Assembly: GCA_031409335.1 (NCBI GenBank)
Contig: JANNWY010000041.1
Coordinates: forward strand, 1-44,537
Source of the DNA: Chthoniobacteraceae bacterium
GTDB taxonomy: Bacteria; Verrucomicrobiota; Verrucomicrobiia; Chthoniobacterales; Chthoniobacteraceae
Reading direction: 5' to 3'
Length of the DNA: 44,537 bases
Part shown: positions 28,463 to 37,613 of the stretch, in pieces
Layout: the number at the start of each line of letters is the position of its first letter
Numbering within the stretch: position 1 is the stretch's first letter
Translations under genes and position numbers: made by a program
Notes under the pieces: model-generated
Databases searched by the model: none
Told to the model about the DNA's origin: nothing
Seen by the model: the letters and a program-made list of their open reading frames with translations, nothing else

Positions 28463-29440
28463 TCACTTGTCCGAGTGCAGCAAGCCTGCCGCGTCGCGCT
28501 GGAAAAAGCGGACGGACTTTTCGAGATCACTCACCATGAGCCGCGAGCCGACGGCCTTCTTTACGCCGAAACCGCCGGCCAGCGCGGGGGCGGAGACGAG
28601 GCAGCCTTCCCAGACGAGCGAGTGCGGGCGGCCTTCGAGCGTGATGGGTAGCATTTCGTAGAGCGTGACGGACGTGAGGTAGCCGCTGGTCGCGTAGTAG
28701 CTCACGTCGAGCACCTGGTGGCGGCCTTCGGCGAGGCGCGTGTAGATCGTGCCGAGACAAAAGGCGGCGGAGTGATTGACGTTTGAAAGTTCCCAGTAAT
28801 GCTGGGCAGGTGCGGCGGGCGGACCGGGCCGTGTGAAGGGCGCGAGCAGTGTGGCGAAGCGTTGTGCAATCGCAGGCTCGGCTTTTTGGAGGCTCGCGAT
28901 TTCTTCCCGCACGTCGAACGTTTCCGTGGCGCGAAGTTCGCCGCGCTGGGTCCATCGCGCCCAGCGCTGGGCCAGCGTGTTTGCCCAAAAAAGTTCCGCG
29001 CTCGCGATACTTTCATCCTTTGGCAGCATCGCGATTTCCTCGCGGGAAAGGTGCAGATCTTCCCGCTTCCGCATCTGCTCGAGGAGGCGGCGCACGGTCG
29101 GGATTTTCGGGTCGAGTGCGAGTTTTGCGAAGGCTTCCTCCGGGGCACCGTGAAAGGTGATGCGTTGATGGGTTTCCTGTTCGGCGCGTTTGGTCGGATC
29201 GGCGGAGAGCAGTGCGCGCACCGCCGTCTCGGGGGGCGCGGCGACGAGGTAGATGGCTTGGGCGGAGATGCCGCGGGCGAAGGTCATCGCGCCGTTGCAT
29301 TCCGTGGCGATGCGTCCGCGCGCGAGTTTGTGGAGATCGTATTTTGCGACTGCGCTCCACGGGCGAAAGGCGTCCGCCGGATCCGCGGCGTGCAGCATTC
29401 CCGCGAATGTGACGAGGTGTAAAAGAGCGGCGCTTCGCAT
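28463..29440 (-). CDS. Hypothetical exported protein
   Basis: Long ORF with signal peptide MRSAALLHLVTFAGMLHA; no family recognised. Confidence 0.7.
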   Translation of the reverse strand: MRSAALLHLVTFAGMLHAADPADAFRPWSAVAKYDLHKLARGRIATECNGAMTFARGISAQAIYLVAAPPETAVRALLSADPTKRAEQETHQRITFHGAPEEAFAKLALDPKIPTVRRLLEQMRKREDLHLSREEIAMLPKDESIASAELFWANTLAQRWARWTQRGELRATETFDVREEIASLQKAEPAIAQRFATLLAPFTRPGPPAAPAQHYWELSNVNHSAAFCLGTIYTRLAEGRHQVLDVSYYATSGYLTSVTLYEMLPITLEGRPHSLVWEGCLVSAPALAGGFGVKKAVGSRLMVSDLEKSVRFFQRDAAGLLHSDK

Positions 29441-29713
29441 GTCTGACGGGAACAGTAAAATGTGGCGCGTGAAAGGAATCGGTCGGGCGGTTGGGCGCAA
29501 CTGAGTTTTTGCGGGTGCCTGGCGGTTGTCACGGCGTCCCGCTTTTCTCAATTCCGTTCGCGAATCTCAATTCACGCGGCAGCTCGATGGACGATTTCGC
29601 GGTTGGCCAGCCATCGCACTCTGGCGGGAGACTGCGGCTGCCGGGGCGGCATGTGCTTTGCTCAAGAGAAGGCATCAGGGGCGCGCCCTTTCTCCTGACA
29701 CTGCGCCACGCGT

Positions 29714-32032
29714 ATGCCTCAGACTCCGAAAACAATCACCGTGCCAACCGAATTTTCTCCCACCCGTCCCAAGCCGGCACCGATCGCCCAGTTTCCCATC
29801 AATCTGCCGGAACCAGCGATCGACCCCACGCTCGAACTGCGGACGCTCATCGTGCAGCTCCAGCATTCCGCGCGAGAGGCCCGGGCGGTTGCGCAGACGC
29901 TTCAGGAGGAAAAGGACGAGATCACCGAGCAGCTCGAGAATGCGATGCGCCAGGTGGATGGCTTGCGCGCGAACGAACGCGAGATCCGCTCGCAGTTTGT
30001 GGAACTCACTTCCGTAATCCGCGAGCGGGACGCCTCGGTGAAGGAGGTCGATCGCCTGCGACGCGCGGCGATCGAGATGCAGCGGCAATGCGAAGCCGCT
30101 GTGCGCGAGCGCAACGACATCCAGCGGCAGCGCGACGATGTGCTGCGCCGGCAGGCGGAGGAGACGCGATCGCGGCAGCAGGTCCACGGGCAATTGGCCG
30201 AGGCGCAGAAACAGACCGCGTGCCTGCGCCAGGCGCGGGACGCTGCGAACAGTCAAAACCGCGAGCTGACGATGAAGCTCGCGCGTTTTGAAGATGACTT
30301 TGCGGAACTCGGCTACCAGCGCGAGGCGGCGCAGAAAGCGCAGAAGGGATTGCAGGAGGAGCTATTTGAATTGCGCCGCCGGATGAGCTTGCTCACGGGG
30401 GATCGCGATGCGGCCACTTTGCAAGTGGAGGAGCTCACGGGACAGCTCGACGAGGCGCGCCTGAATTTTCTCGAAAACGCCGGGAAGCAGAGTGCGGCGG
30501 GTGAAGCCGGAGCCGAGCAGGCTGCCGCGCTCGCTGAGGCAAAGCAGCACCTCGCCAGCGTGACGACGGAGCGCGATGCGGCAAGAGCGCGGGCAGGGGA
30601 GGCGAGTGCCGAGTTGGATGCGCTGCGGCTGCAAGCAGCGGAATTGCGTGAGCTGGCCAGTCTGCCGAGCGTGCCGCGGCAGGCCCATGAAGATCTGCTG
30701 CGCCAGCTCGCGGGCATCTCCAGCGAACGTGAAAAACTCGGGGGGCGTGAACGCGAACTCGGCGAGGAGATCGAGAGCCTGCGGGAGGAGCTGGCCCGGA
30801 TCAGCGAGCAGCTCGCTTCCGCGCAGGCGGAGAGCGATCAGGCGCGCAACGAACTCGCCGCCGGTCAGCGCCAGTTTGAGCAGGAACGTTTTGCGCGCGA
30901 CCAGCAGCGTGCCGAGGAGTCGGGGCAGGCCATGGAGCTGGAGGCGCGCGGTGAAGCGCTCTGCGCGCAAAATGCGGCGCTGGAGGAAAACCTCGCCGCG
31001 GTGAACCGGCGCGTCGTCGAGCTATCGCAGGCGCAGCACGAGACGCGGCAACTTTCGTCGCGATTTGAAAAGCAGCGCCTCGTGATGATCGATCTCGGCA
31101 CGCGCTTCGAGGCGGCGCAGCGCGATATCGTGGAGCTTTCCGCAAGCCTCGCCGAAGCCCGGCTGGCTGCGCGATTTGCCAACAGCCGCGCGGCGAAGGA
31201 GGCCGCCGCGGCGATCAAGGATCAACTGCTCCCGGTCGTGGATTCGCACAAGCTTGCGACCGAGGAGACGATCGTGAATACCGAGGCCAGCATGCTGGAA
31301 CGCGCGCAGCCGCTCGCGCCCGAGATCACGGAAATGCTCGGCGACAAGGAAGCGCGCAGCGCGCTCAATGCGATGCGGCGCTGTTTCATGGCGTTTCAAA
31401 AAAACACCGGCGACTTGAGCCTGCTCAACGAACTTTACAGTCACATCTACGGCTTTTCGGAGCGCGCGCGCGTGTCGGGTTTCATCGCGCTGCACCGGCT
31501 CTCCGGAGCCTTTGCGCACCTCGTTCACGAGCTCTACGAATTCCCCGAAATGCTGAATGTATCGGTGATGCGCACGATCGGTTCGACGGTCGATTTCCTC
31601 ATCACGCTGATGAAGGATCGCAACGTGGCGCAATTCCAGGACCCGGCGAAGGCGCTTGTCTATATCGTCGATGACGATGCGGACAATGGCGACGCGATCA
31701 AGATGTCGATGGCGACGATGATGGTCCGCGCGAGCTGCGCCGTGGAGCCATCGGCCGCGCTTGAGGCGCTTGCGGAGGAACATTACGACCTCATCTTTCT
31801 CGATGTAAATCTGCCGCAGATGGATGGCTTCGCGCTGTGCTCGCTCATCCGGCAGCTTCCTGGCTACGGCACTACGCCGGTCATCTTCGTCACCGGCATG
31901 TCATCCCTCGAAAATCGCGTCCAATCGAGTCTCAGCGGCGCGAGCGACTTTGTCGGGAAACCTTTCAATCTTCATGAACTCAACGTCAAAACGCTGACGC
32001 TGATATTGAAAGCCGGACTGCTGATGGATTAA
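29714..32032 (+). CDS. Response regulator: long coiled coil + Hpt-like bundle + C-terminal receiver domain
   Basis: About 450 aa rich in E/Q/R/A heptads; REC motifs YIVDDD, DLIFLDVNLPQMDG, PVIFVT and FVGKPF. Confidence 0.85.
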   Translation: MPQTPKTITVPTEFSPTRPKPAPIAQFPINLPEPAIDPTLELRTLIVQLQHSAREARAVAQTLQEEKDEITEQLENAMRQVDGLRANEREIRSQFVELTSVIRERDASVKEVDRLRRAAIEMQRQCEAAVRERNDIQRQRDDVLRRQAEETRSRQQVHGQLAEAQKQTACLRQARDAANSQNRELTMKLARFEDDFAELGYQREAAQKAQKGLQEELFELRRRMSLLTGDRDAATLQVEELTGQLDEARLNFLENAGKQSAAGEAGAEQAAALAEAKQHLASVTTERDAARARAGEASAELDALRLQAAELRELASLPSVPRQAHEDLLRQLAGISSEREKLGGRERELGEEIESLREELARISEQLASAQAESDQARNELAAGQRQFEQERFARDQQRAEESGQAMELEARGEALCAQNAALEENLAAVNRRVVELSQAQHETRQLSSRFEKQRLVMIDLGTRFEAAQRDIVELSASLAEARLAARFANSRAAKEAAAAIKDQLLPVVDSHKLATEETIVNTEASMLERAQPLAPEITEMLGDKEARSALNAMRRCFMAFQKNTGDLSLLNELYSHIYGFSERARVSGFIALHRLSGAFAHLVHELYEFPEMLNVSVMRTIGSTVDFLITLMKDRNVAQFQDPAKALVYIVDDDADNGDAIKMSMATMMVRASCAVEPSAALEALAEEHYDLIFLDVNLPQMDGFALCSLIRQLPGYGTTPVIFVTGMSSLENRVQSSLSGASDFVGKPFNLHELNVKTLTLILKAGLLMD

Positions 32033-32034
32033 TT

Positions 32035-32577
32035 TTAGAGGATCGCGCGGATCGCGGTCTCGCGGGCGCGGTGGGTGGTTTCGTCGAGCACGTCGATGGG
32101 CGTGATTTGCGCGGGAAGGCCGGGGATTTCCACCCACGAGCGGCAGCCGCCGTAGCGCGGAGAGTCCGGGAAAATGAATGGCTCGGACAAGCGCTGCACG
32201 CGGACGAACGCGAGGCTGACCATTTGTTTTTCATCCTGCACAAAGCGTTTCTCGATCTCGAAATCCTGCCAGAGATGGAAGGGCGCGAGCGCCTGCGCTT
32301 TCGACCAGTCGGTGATGTCCTGCGTCCACTCGACACGCGCGGTGAATTGCACTTCGAGCTGGCCGTCGGTGCGTGGCGAAGGCAGCGCAGTTTCGGCGGG
32401 GACGCGCAGCTTTGCGGCCTGTTCGTGGAAGAGTGTCGGCAGCAGGAGAAATTCGGGATGTTGAAAGCGGAACCCGGCGCGCCCCTCGGCGATCCCGCCT
32501 TTGCGGAGGATGATGCTTTGTTCGCCGCGACCGAGCGCCTCGCAGACGAGCGCCCATTCTTTGAATGCGATGTTCAT
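32035..32577 (-). CDS. DUF1802 family protein
   Basis: [28 protein letters not shown]...[10 protein letters not shown]...YGGCRSWV. Confidence 0.88.
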   Translation of the reverse strand: MNIAFKEWALVCEALGRGEQSIILRKGGIAEGRAGFRFQHPEFLLLPTLFHEQAAKLRVPAETALPSPRTDGQLEVQFTARVEWTQDITDWSKAQALAPFHLWQDFEIEKRFVQDEKQMVSLAFVRVQRLSEPFIFPDSPRYGGCRSWVEIPGLPAQITPIDVLDETTHRARETAIRAIL

Positions 32578-33368
32578 AAATCGGTCACCTTTTCCGGCAG
32601 CCGGATCGGCACGCCGTGTTCGGCGAGGTATTTTTTAACGTCGCCGACTGTGAATTCGCCGAAGTGGAAAATGCTCGCGGCAAGCACGGCGTCCGCGCGG
32701 CCTTCGCGCAGGACTTCCACGAGATGATCGAGATTCCCCGCGCCGCCACTCGCGACCACGGGAACGCCCACGGCTTCGCTGATGCGGCGCGTGATGACGA
32801 GGTCGTAGCCGGCTTTCGTGCCGTCGGCGTCGATCGAGTTCAGCACGATCTCGCCCGCGCCGCGGCGCACGGCTTCGGTCGCCCATTCGATGGCGTCGAG
32901 GCCGGTCGGTTTGCGACCGCCTTGCACGAAGACTTCCCAGCGATCCGGCGCGACTCTTTTCGCGTCGATGGAGACGACGATGCACTGGCAGCCGAAACGT
33001 TCCGCGCCGCCGGAAATCAGCTCGGGCGTGGCGATGGCGCTCGAGTTGATGCTGATTTTGTCGGCGCCGCTTTTCAGCATCACGCTCATGTCTTCCACGG
33101 TGCGAATCCCGCCGCCGACGGTGAGCGGCATGAAGCAGTGCGCGGCGGTGCGTTCGATGACATCGACCATGCTCGCGCGACCGTGCGCGCTGGCGGTGAT
33201 GTCGAAAAAAACCATCTCGTCCGCGCCCTGATCGTTGTAGCGCCGAGCAAGTTCCACGGGGTCGCCGACATTGCGCAGTCCGCCCTCCTCGGCGCGGCCA
33301 AATTGCACGCCGCGGGTGACCTTTCCATCATGGACATCGAGGCAGGGAATGACGCGTTTGGTGAGCAT
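32574..33368 (-). CDS. hisF: Imidazole glycerol phosphate synthase cyclase subunit
   Basis: [48 protein letters not shown] and ASIFHFG. Confidence 0.97.
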   Translation of the reverse strand: MLTKRVIPCLDVHDGKVTRGVQFGRAEEGGLRNVGDPVELARRYNDQGADEMVFFDITASAHGRASMVDVIERTAAHCFMPLTVGGGIRTVEDMSVMLKSGADKISINSSAIATPELISGGAERFGCQCIVVSIDAKRVAPDRWEVFVQGGRKPTGLDAIEWATEAVRRGAGEIVLNSIDADGTKAGYDLVITRRISEAVGVPVVASGGAGNLDHLVEVLREGRADAVLAASIFHFGEFTVGDVKKYLAEHGVPIRLPEKVTDL

Positions 33369-33461
33369 GAAAGTGGGCGGAAATGAAGGATTGACCGTTG
33401 CCGCGCGGTCGGGTAAGCGACTCCGCCGGTTTAGGGAACCACCAGCAAACACGCAATCATC

Positions 33462-34673
33462 ATGGGCAACAACAACGACGATCAATCCGCGAACAGCAGC
33501 GCGAACGACAAGACGAAAAAAACGGGCGCGTTCACGCTGTCGAGCACGCCGACGATTGGCGATTCGGACCCGGGCGAGATCCATAAATATGAATCCGCGC
33601 CAGCACCGGCGGCGACACCGTCGGTGGCGCCGCCAGCATATGAGGATCTCGGCTCGCTGCCGGGGAGCTATTTTGAAGATACCGTCTTTCTCGTCGCGCG
33701 CGATCCGCGGTGGTTGTTTGCGTATTGGGATTTCGACTGGTCGAAATATCCGCCGAGTTCCATGCGCGGCGGTGTCTCGCAGTTTTTCCTGAAGATTTCC
33801 AAAGATGATGGAGCGCAGGAAACGATCGTGGAAATCACACCCGAGGCGCGGAACTGGTACGTGCCAGTGAGCGCGCCGGACACGATGTATTTCGGCGAGA
33901 TCGGCTTCTTCGCGCGGGATGGCGGGTGGGCGGCGATCGTGACTTCGGGAGTTACGAAAACACCGGCGGACGCGCTCGCGGAAGATGTCGCGGCGGACTT
34001 TGCGACGGTGCCGCTGCACTTGAGCTTTGAGCGGATGCTGGAACTGGTGAAGCACCACATGGAAGGCGGCGAGACGCTGCTTTCAGCCGTGGCGCGGATC
34101 ACGGATGAAGGGCGCAAGTTCGCCTTCCAGCCAGGTCGCGCGCCGGCGTGGACGGATGAGCAGCGGGCGCTGCTCGCGGCGTTGCTGGGAAACAGCCTGC
34201 TCGATCGCATGGGCCTCGGCTCGGACGAACTCGATTCGCTGTTGCGGAAACAATTGCTCGAACGGCTGCACAGCGAAACGGCGAGCGGTTACGCCGGGGA
34301 GTTAAGCAAGATTTTCCAGCCCTCGGTGAGCAGTCTTTTCAGCGGCGTCGGCGCGAGCTGGAGCGCGCAGCCGTTCAGCGCGCGGAAGTTTTTCATGCAT
34401 GTGAACGCCGAGATCATTTTCTACGGCGGCACCGATCCGAACGCGACCGTGTGGGTCGATGGCAAGGAAATCAAACTCAGTCCCGACGGCACCTTCCGCT
34501 ATCACTTCAAACTGCCCGACGGCGACTTCGCGATCCCGATCGTGGCGCGCTCGCCGGATCACGTAGAGCAACGCTCGGCGACGCTTTCCTTTGTGCGCAG
34601 CACGGAGAAAACCGGCCACGTTACCGACACGGATCAGCCGCCGTATCTCGCGCCGCTCATCGGGAAAAAGTAA
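33462..34673 (+). CDS. DUF4912 domain protein
   Basis: LPGSY...[15 protein letters not shown]...ARNWY; C-terminal [21 protein letters not shown]...[14 protein letters not shown]. Confidence 0.85.
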   Translation: MGNNNDDQSANSSANDKTKKTGAFTLSSTPTIGDSDPGEIHKYESAPAPAATPSVAPPAYEDLGSLPGSYFEDTVFLVARDPRWLFAYWDFDWSKYPPSSMRGGVSQFFLKISKDDGAQETIVEITPEARNWYVPVSAPDTMYFGEIGFFARDGGWAAIVTSGVTKTPADALAEDVAADFATVPLHLSFERMLELVKHHMEGGETLLSAVARITDEGRKFAFQPGRAPAWTDEQRALLAALLGNSLLDRMGLGSDELDSLLRKQLLERLHSETASGYAGELSKIFQPSVSSLFSGVGASWSAQPFSARKFFMHVNAEIIFYGGTDPNATVWVDGKEIKLSPDGTFRYHFKLPDGDFAIPIVARSPDHVEQRSATLSFVRSTEKTGHVTDTDQPPYLAPLIGKK

Positions 34674-35650
34674 GCGCGCCCGCTGCGGCGGCGGGTGAGG
34701 AGCGCCGATACGCCGATCGCCAGCATCGCGCACGTCGCGGGCTCAGGGACTTGGTTCGCCAGTGGGAGCGGCCTGCCGGCATCATCCGTGAAGGCAAGGA
34801 ATTGCGGGCTGATCACGCCGGTGCTGGCGAAGACCGAGCCGACGCCGCCGGGGGTGAACTTCTCAATCGTGGCGTTGCCTTGGTTTGCGACGAAGAGATT
34901 GCCCACGTCGTCAAAGGCTAGGCCGATGGGCTGGTTCAAGCCGGTGCTGGCAAAGACGGAGCTGACGCCAGTGGTGATGTTGAACTTCAAGATCTTGTTG
35001 GCGTTGACGTCCGACACGTAGAGAAACCCGGCGCTGTCAAAGGCAAGTCCCGCAAGCGAGTTCGCGAAGGTGGTGACGGTGGCGAAGACTGAGCTGACGC
35101 CGCCAGGGGTGAACCTCAAAATCTTGTTGGATTGGTTTGCCACGAAGAGATTGCCCGCGCTGTCAAAGGCCAGCCCGATTGGCCCGCTCAAGCCGGTGTT
35201 GGCAAAGACCGAGCCGACGCCGCCGGGGGTGATCTTCACAATCGTGGCGTTGAGGCCGTTTGCCGCAAAAAGATTGCCTGCGCTGTCAAAGGCCAGGCCC
35301 GTCGGCCGGCGCAAGCTGTCACTTGTGTTGGCGAAGACCGAGCCGGAGCCGCCAGGGGTGAACTTCGCGATCGTGTTGACGTCGAACCTGAAGTTTGCCG
35401 CGTAGAGATTGCCCGCGCTGTCAAAGGCCAGGCCTTCGGGCTGTTCTAAGCCACTGCTGGCAAAGACCGATCCAACGCCACTGGAGGTGTATTTCTCAAT
35501 CTTGTTGGTCGCGTCTGACACGTAAAGCATGACCGCGAGGCTGCTCGCGGTTCCGAATCCCACGAGCAGAAGCCCGGCGGCGGCGAGGGCCCGGAGCGAG
35601 TGGAAACGGGGGCGCGAAAGGACGCGTTGGGATGCAGTGTTTGTTTTCAT
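34634..35650 (-). CDS. PEP-CTERM-sorted NHL-repeat (six-bladed propeller) surface protein
   Basis: Signal peptide, six ~41-45-aa repeats (PxGLAFDSAGNLFVAN...KFTPGGVGSVFA), then VPEP, a hydrophobic stretch and RRR. Confidence 0.9.
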   Translation of the reverse strand: MKTNTASQRVLSRPRFHSLRALAAAGLLLVGFGTASSLAVMLYVSDATNKIEKYTSSGVGSVFASSGLEQPEGLAFDSAGNLYAANFRFDVNTIAKFTPGGSGSVFANTSDSLRRPTGLAFDSAGNLFAANGLNATIVKITPGGVGSVFANTGLSGPIGLAFDSAGNLFVANQSNKILRFTPGGVSSVFATVTTFANSLAGLAFDSAGFLYVSDVNANKILKFNITTGVSSVFASTGLNQPIGLAFDDVGNLFVANQGNATIEKFTPGGVGSVFASTGVISPQFLAFTDDAGRPLPLANQVPEPATCAMLAIGVSALLTRRRSGRAYFFPMSGARYGG

Positions 35651-35770
35651 CGGATGATGGATTTGTTGTCTGGGGTTTATTGGGGTTAGCGGGCGCAGTA
35701 GGGTTCTGGCAAGCCATTTTCAGTGGTTGTGAAAAAGGTTGATGCCGCAAGGGACGGGTGATGTCGGGTA

Positions 35771-36703
35771 TTGAAGTATCGAAGCAGTTTGCGTTATTTC
35801 GACGCTTTGAAACGCCCGTCGCACGATCGTTTGCTGGAGGAGTTTCTCGACTTCATGGAAGTCGAGCGCAATGGCTCGCCGCGGACGGTGGACAATTACC
35901 GGCACGCGCTGGCGGAGTTTCGCAAGGCCGTTCCGGCGCCGGCTTGGAAGGAGCTGACCGCCGAACATTTCCGGCGCTACCTTTTCGAGATCAGCAAACG
36001 CGGCCTCGCGCGGCCAACGATCCGGCTGCACTTCGCGGCGCTGCGCACGTTTTTCAAATTCCTTACGCAGCGTCACGGCTTGATCGTGAATCCGCTGAAG
36101 GAAGTGCAACTGCCGAAGCTGGAGAAAAAACTGCCGCTCGTGCTCACGGCGACGCAGATCGACGAACTGCTCTCCGCGCCGCTCCGGGTCGAACGCTCGA
36201 AGCGCGCGCCGGTCTGGATGCCCGCGCGGGATGCCGCGATCCTGGAGCTTTTCTACAGCAGCGGTCTGCGGCTCGCGGAACTGGCCTCGCTGAATGTCGA
36301 GCACGTCGATCCTTACACGGAAAGCGTCCGCGTGCTCGGCAAAGGGCGGAAGGAGCGCGTGGTGCCGGTCGGTGCGCCGGCGCTGCTCGCGATCCAAAAA
36401 TATCGCCAGGCGGCCAACGTCCACAGCGGCCCGCTTTTCCTCAGCAAAGTGCGCAAACGCATCGCGCACGTGAACATTGGCCTCGTCCTTAAACGGTATC
36501 TTCCGCACACGAGCATCCCGGTGCGCGTGAGCCCGCATAAGCTGCGGCACAGCTTTGCCACGCACATGCTGGATGCGGGCGCGGACTTGCGCAGCGTGCA
36601 GGCGCTGCTCGGGCACGCGAGTCTTTCGACGACGCAGATCTATACGCACGTGACGGTGGAAAGGCTGAAGCGCGCTTACGACGACGCGCATCCGCGGGCG
36701 TGA
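35771..36703 (+). CDS. xerC: Tyrosine recombinase XerC-like (start may be TTG 35807)
   Basis: RDAAILELFYSSGLRLAEL, VLGKGRKER, HKLRHSFATHML and LLGHASLSTTQIY (R-K-H-R-H-Y catalytic residues). Confidence 0.88.
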   Translation: MKYRSSLRYFDALKRPSHDRLLEEFLDFMEVERNGSPRTVDNYRHALAEFRKAVPAPAWKELTAEHFRRYLFEISKRGLARPTIRLHFAALRTFFKFLTQRHGLIVNPLKEVQLPKLEKKLPLVLTATQIDELLSAPLRVERSKRAPVWMPARDAAILELFYSSGLRLAELASLNVEHVDPYTESVRVLGKGRKERVVPVGAPALLAIQKYRQAANVHSGPLFLSKVRKRIAHVNIGLVLKRYLPHTSIPVRVSPHKLRHSFATHMLDAGADLRSVQALLGHASLSTTQIYTHVTVERLKRAYDDAHPRA

Positions 36704-36712
36704 GTTTTCGGA

Positions 36713-36750
36713 ATAGGTCGTATAGGACTCATTCGACTCATACGACCTAT
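36713..36750. repeat. Palindromic 9-mer array, left flank of the four-helix-bundle gene
   Basis: Units ATAGGTCGT-ATAGGACTC-ATTCGACTC-ATACGACCT-AT; the ends ATAGGTCGTAT and ATACGACCTAT form a perfect 11-bp inverted repeat. Confidence 0.85.
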
Positions 36751-37312
36751 GAAACCTCACGATGACTCCGGTTTTCTCCCGCCGCATGGCAACTATTCGG
36801 AGCTACTCTCCTTCCAAAAAGCCGAGATCGTTTACGACATCACGTTTCGCTTTTGCCACAAGTATCTCTCCAAAGGCGACCGCACGGTGGACCAGATGAT
36901 CCAGTCCGCGCGGTCTGGGAAAAAGAACATCCTCGAAGGCAGCAAGGCGTCGCTCACTTCCAAGGAAATGGAGATCAAACTGACCAATGTGGCGCGGGCG
37001 AGTTTGGAGGAGTTGCTGGATGACTACCGGGATTTTCTGCGGGTGCGCGAGATGGCCGTCTGGGACAAGGAATCGAAAGAAGCGCGGTATGTGCGAAATC
37101 TGGGCCGGAAACCGAAGCAGACTTTCGAGGACTACCGGGAGTTTTGCGAAACGCGCCCGCCGGAGGTGGTGGCGAACATCGCACTCTGTCTGATCCACCA
37201 AACGAACTACCTGCTCGACCAGCAAATCCGCCGGCTGGAAAAGGATTTCATCAAGGAGGGCGGGCTTCGGGAAAGGATGACGCGGGTGCGCCTGCGGGAG
37301 CGGGGGAAATAG
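36749..37312 (+). CDS. Four helix bundle protein (23S rRNA IVP/Avd-like) with four-helix suffix domain
   Basis: LLSFQKAEIVYD...DRTVDQMIQSARSGKKNILEG...LTNVARASLEELLDDYRD; suffix LLDQQIRRLEKDFIKEGGLRERMTRVR. Confidence 0.9.
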   Translation: MKPHDDSGFLPPHGNYSELLSFQKAEIVYDITFRFCHKYLSKGDRTVDQMIQSARSGKKNILEGSKASLTSKEMEIKLTNVARASLEELLDDYRDFLRVREMAVWDKESKEARYVRNLGRKPKQTFEDYREFCETRPPEVVANIALCLIHQTNYLLDQQIRRLEKDFIKEGGLRERMTRVRLRERGK

Positions 37313-37346
37313 GTCGTATGAGTCCTATGCGACCCATAGGACCTAT
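37309..37346. repeat. Palindromic 9-mer array, right flank of the four-helix-bundle gene
   Basis: Units ATAGGTCGT-ATGAGTCCT-ATGCGACCC-ATAGGACCT-AT; self-complementary (14/16) and complementary to the left array. Confidence 0.85.
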
Positions 37347-37470
37347 CTCCGGCCTCGCCTGTCTAAAAATATACACGACCGTTTCAGTTGCAGCTTTTTG
37401 CCCAGCGTGCCGGTTTCATCGCTGCGGAAACTTTCTCATTTTCCTCTGTAATATAATCTCCCACAGCCCG

Positions 37471-37486
37471 TGGCATAGTGGCTGCT
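37471..37486 (+). promoter_or_regulatory. Sigma54 (-24/-12) promoter upstream of amtB-glnK
   Basis: TGGCAT-AGTGG-CTGCT has exact GG-N10-GC spacing and lies ~130 bp upstream of a nitrogen-regulated operon. Confidence 0.7.
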
Positions 37487-37613
37487 AAATGCGCCGCCGA
37501 ACAAACTTCGGTCGCTCAACTTCCCGTCAAACGCCTCGCGAATGGCGGGATGCGCTCTCCAAAAAATGGAAGCCGGTCGGGGACATCCCAAAACCACACA
37601 CACCAAACAAACG

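Noticed and set aside
35771..36703. Tyrosine recombinase as a phage or integron integrase
   Set aside because: Size and motifs fit housekeeping XerC; I saw no integron-specific insertion and no phage genes.
36749..37312. Diversity-generating retroelement (Avd-like protein)
   Set aside because: No reverse transcriptase and no TR/VR repeat pair seen in the window.
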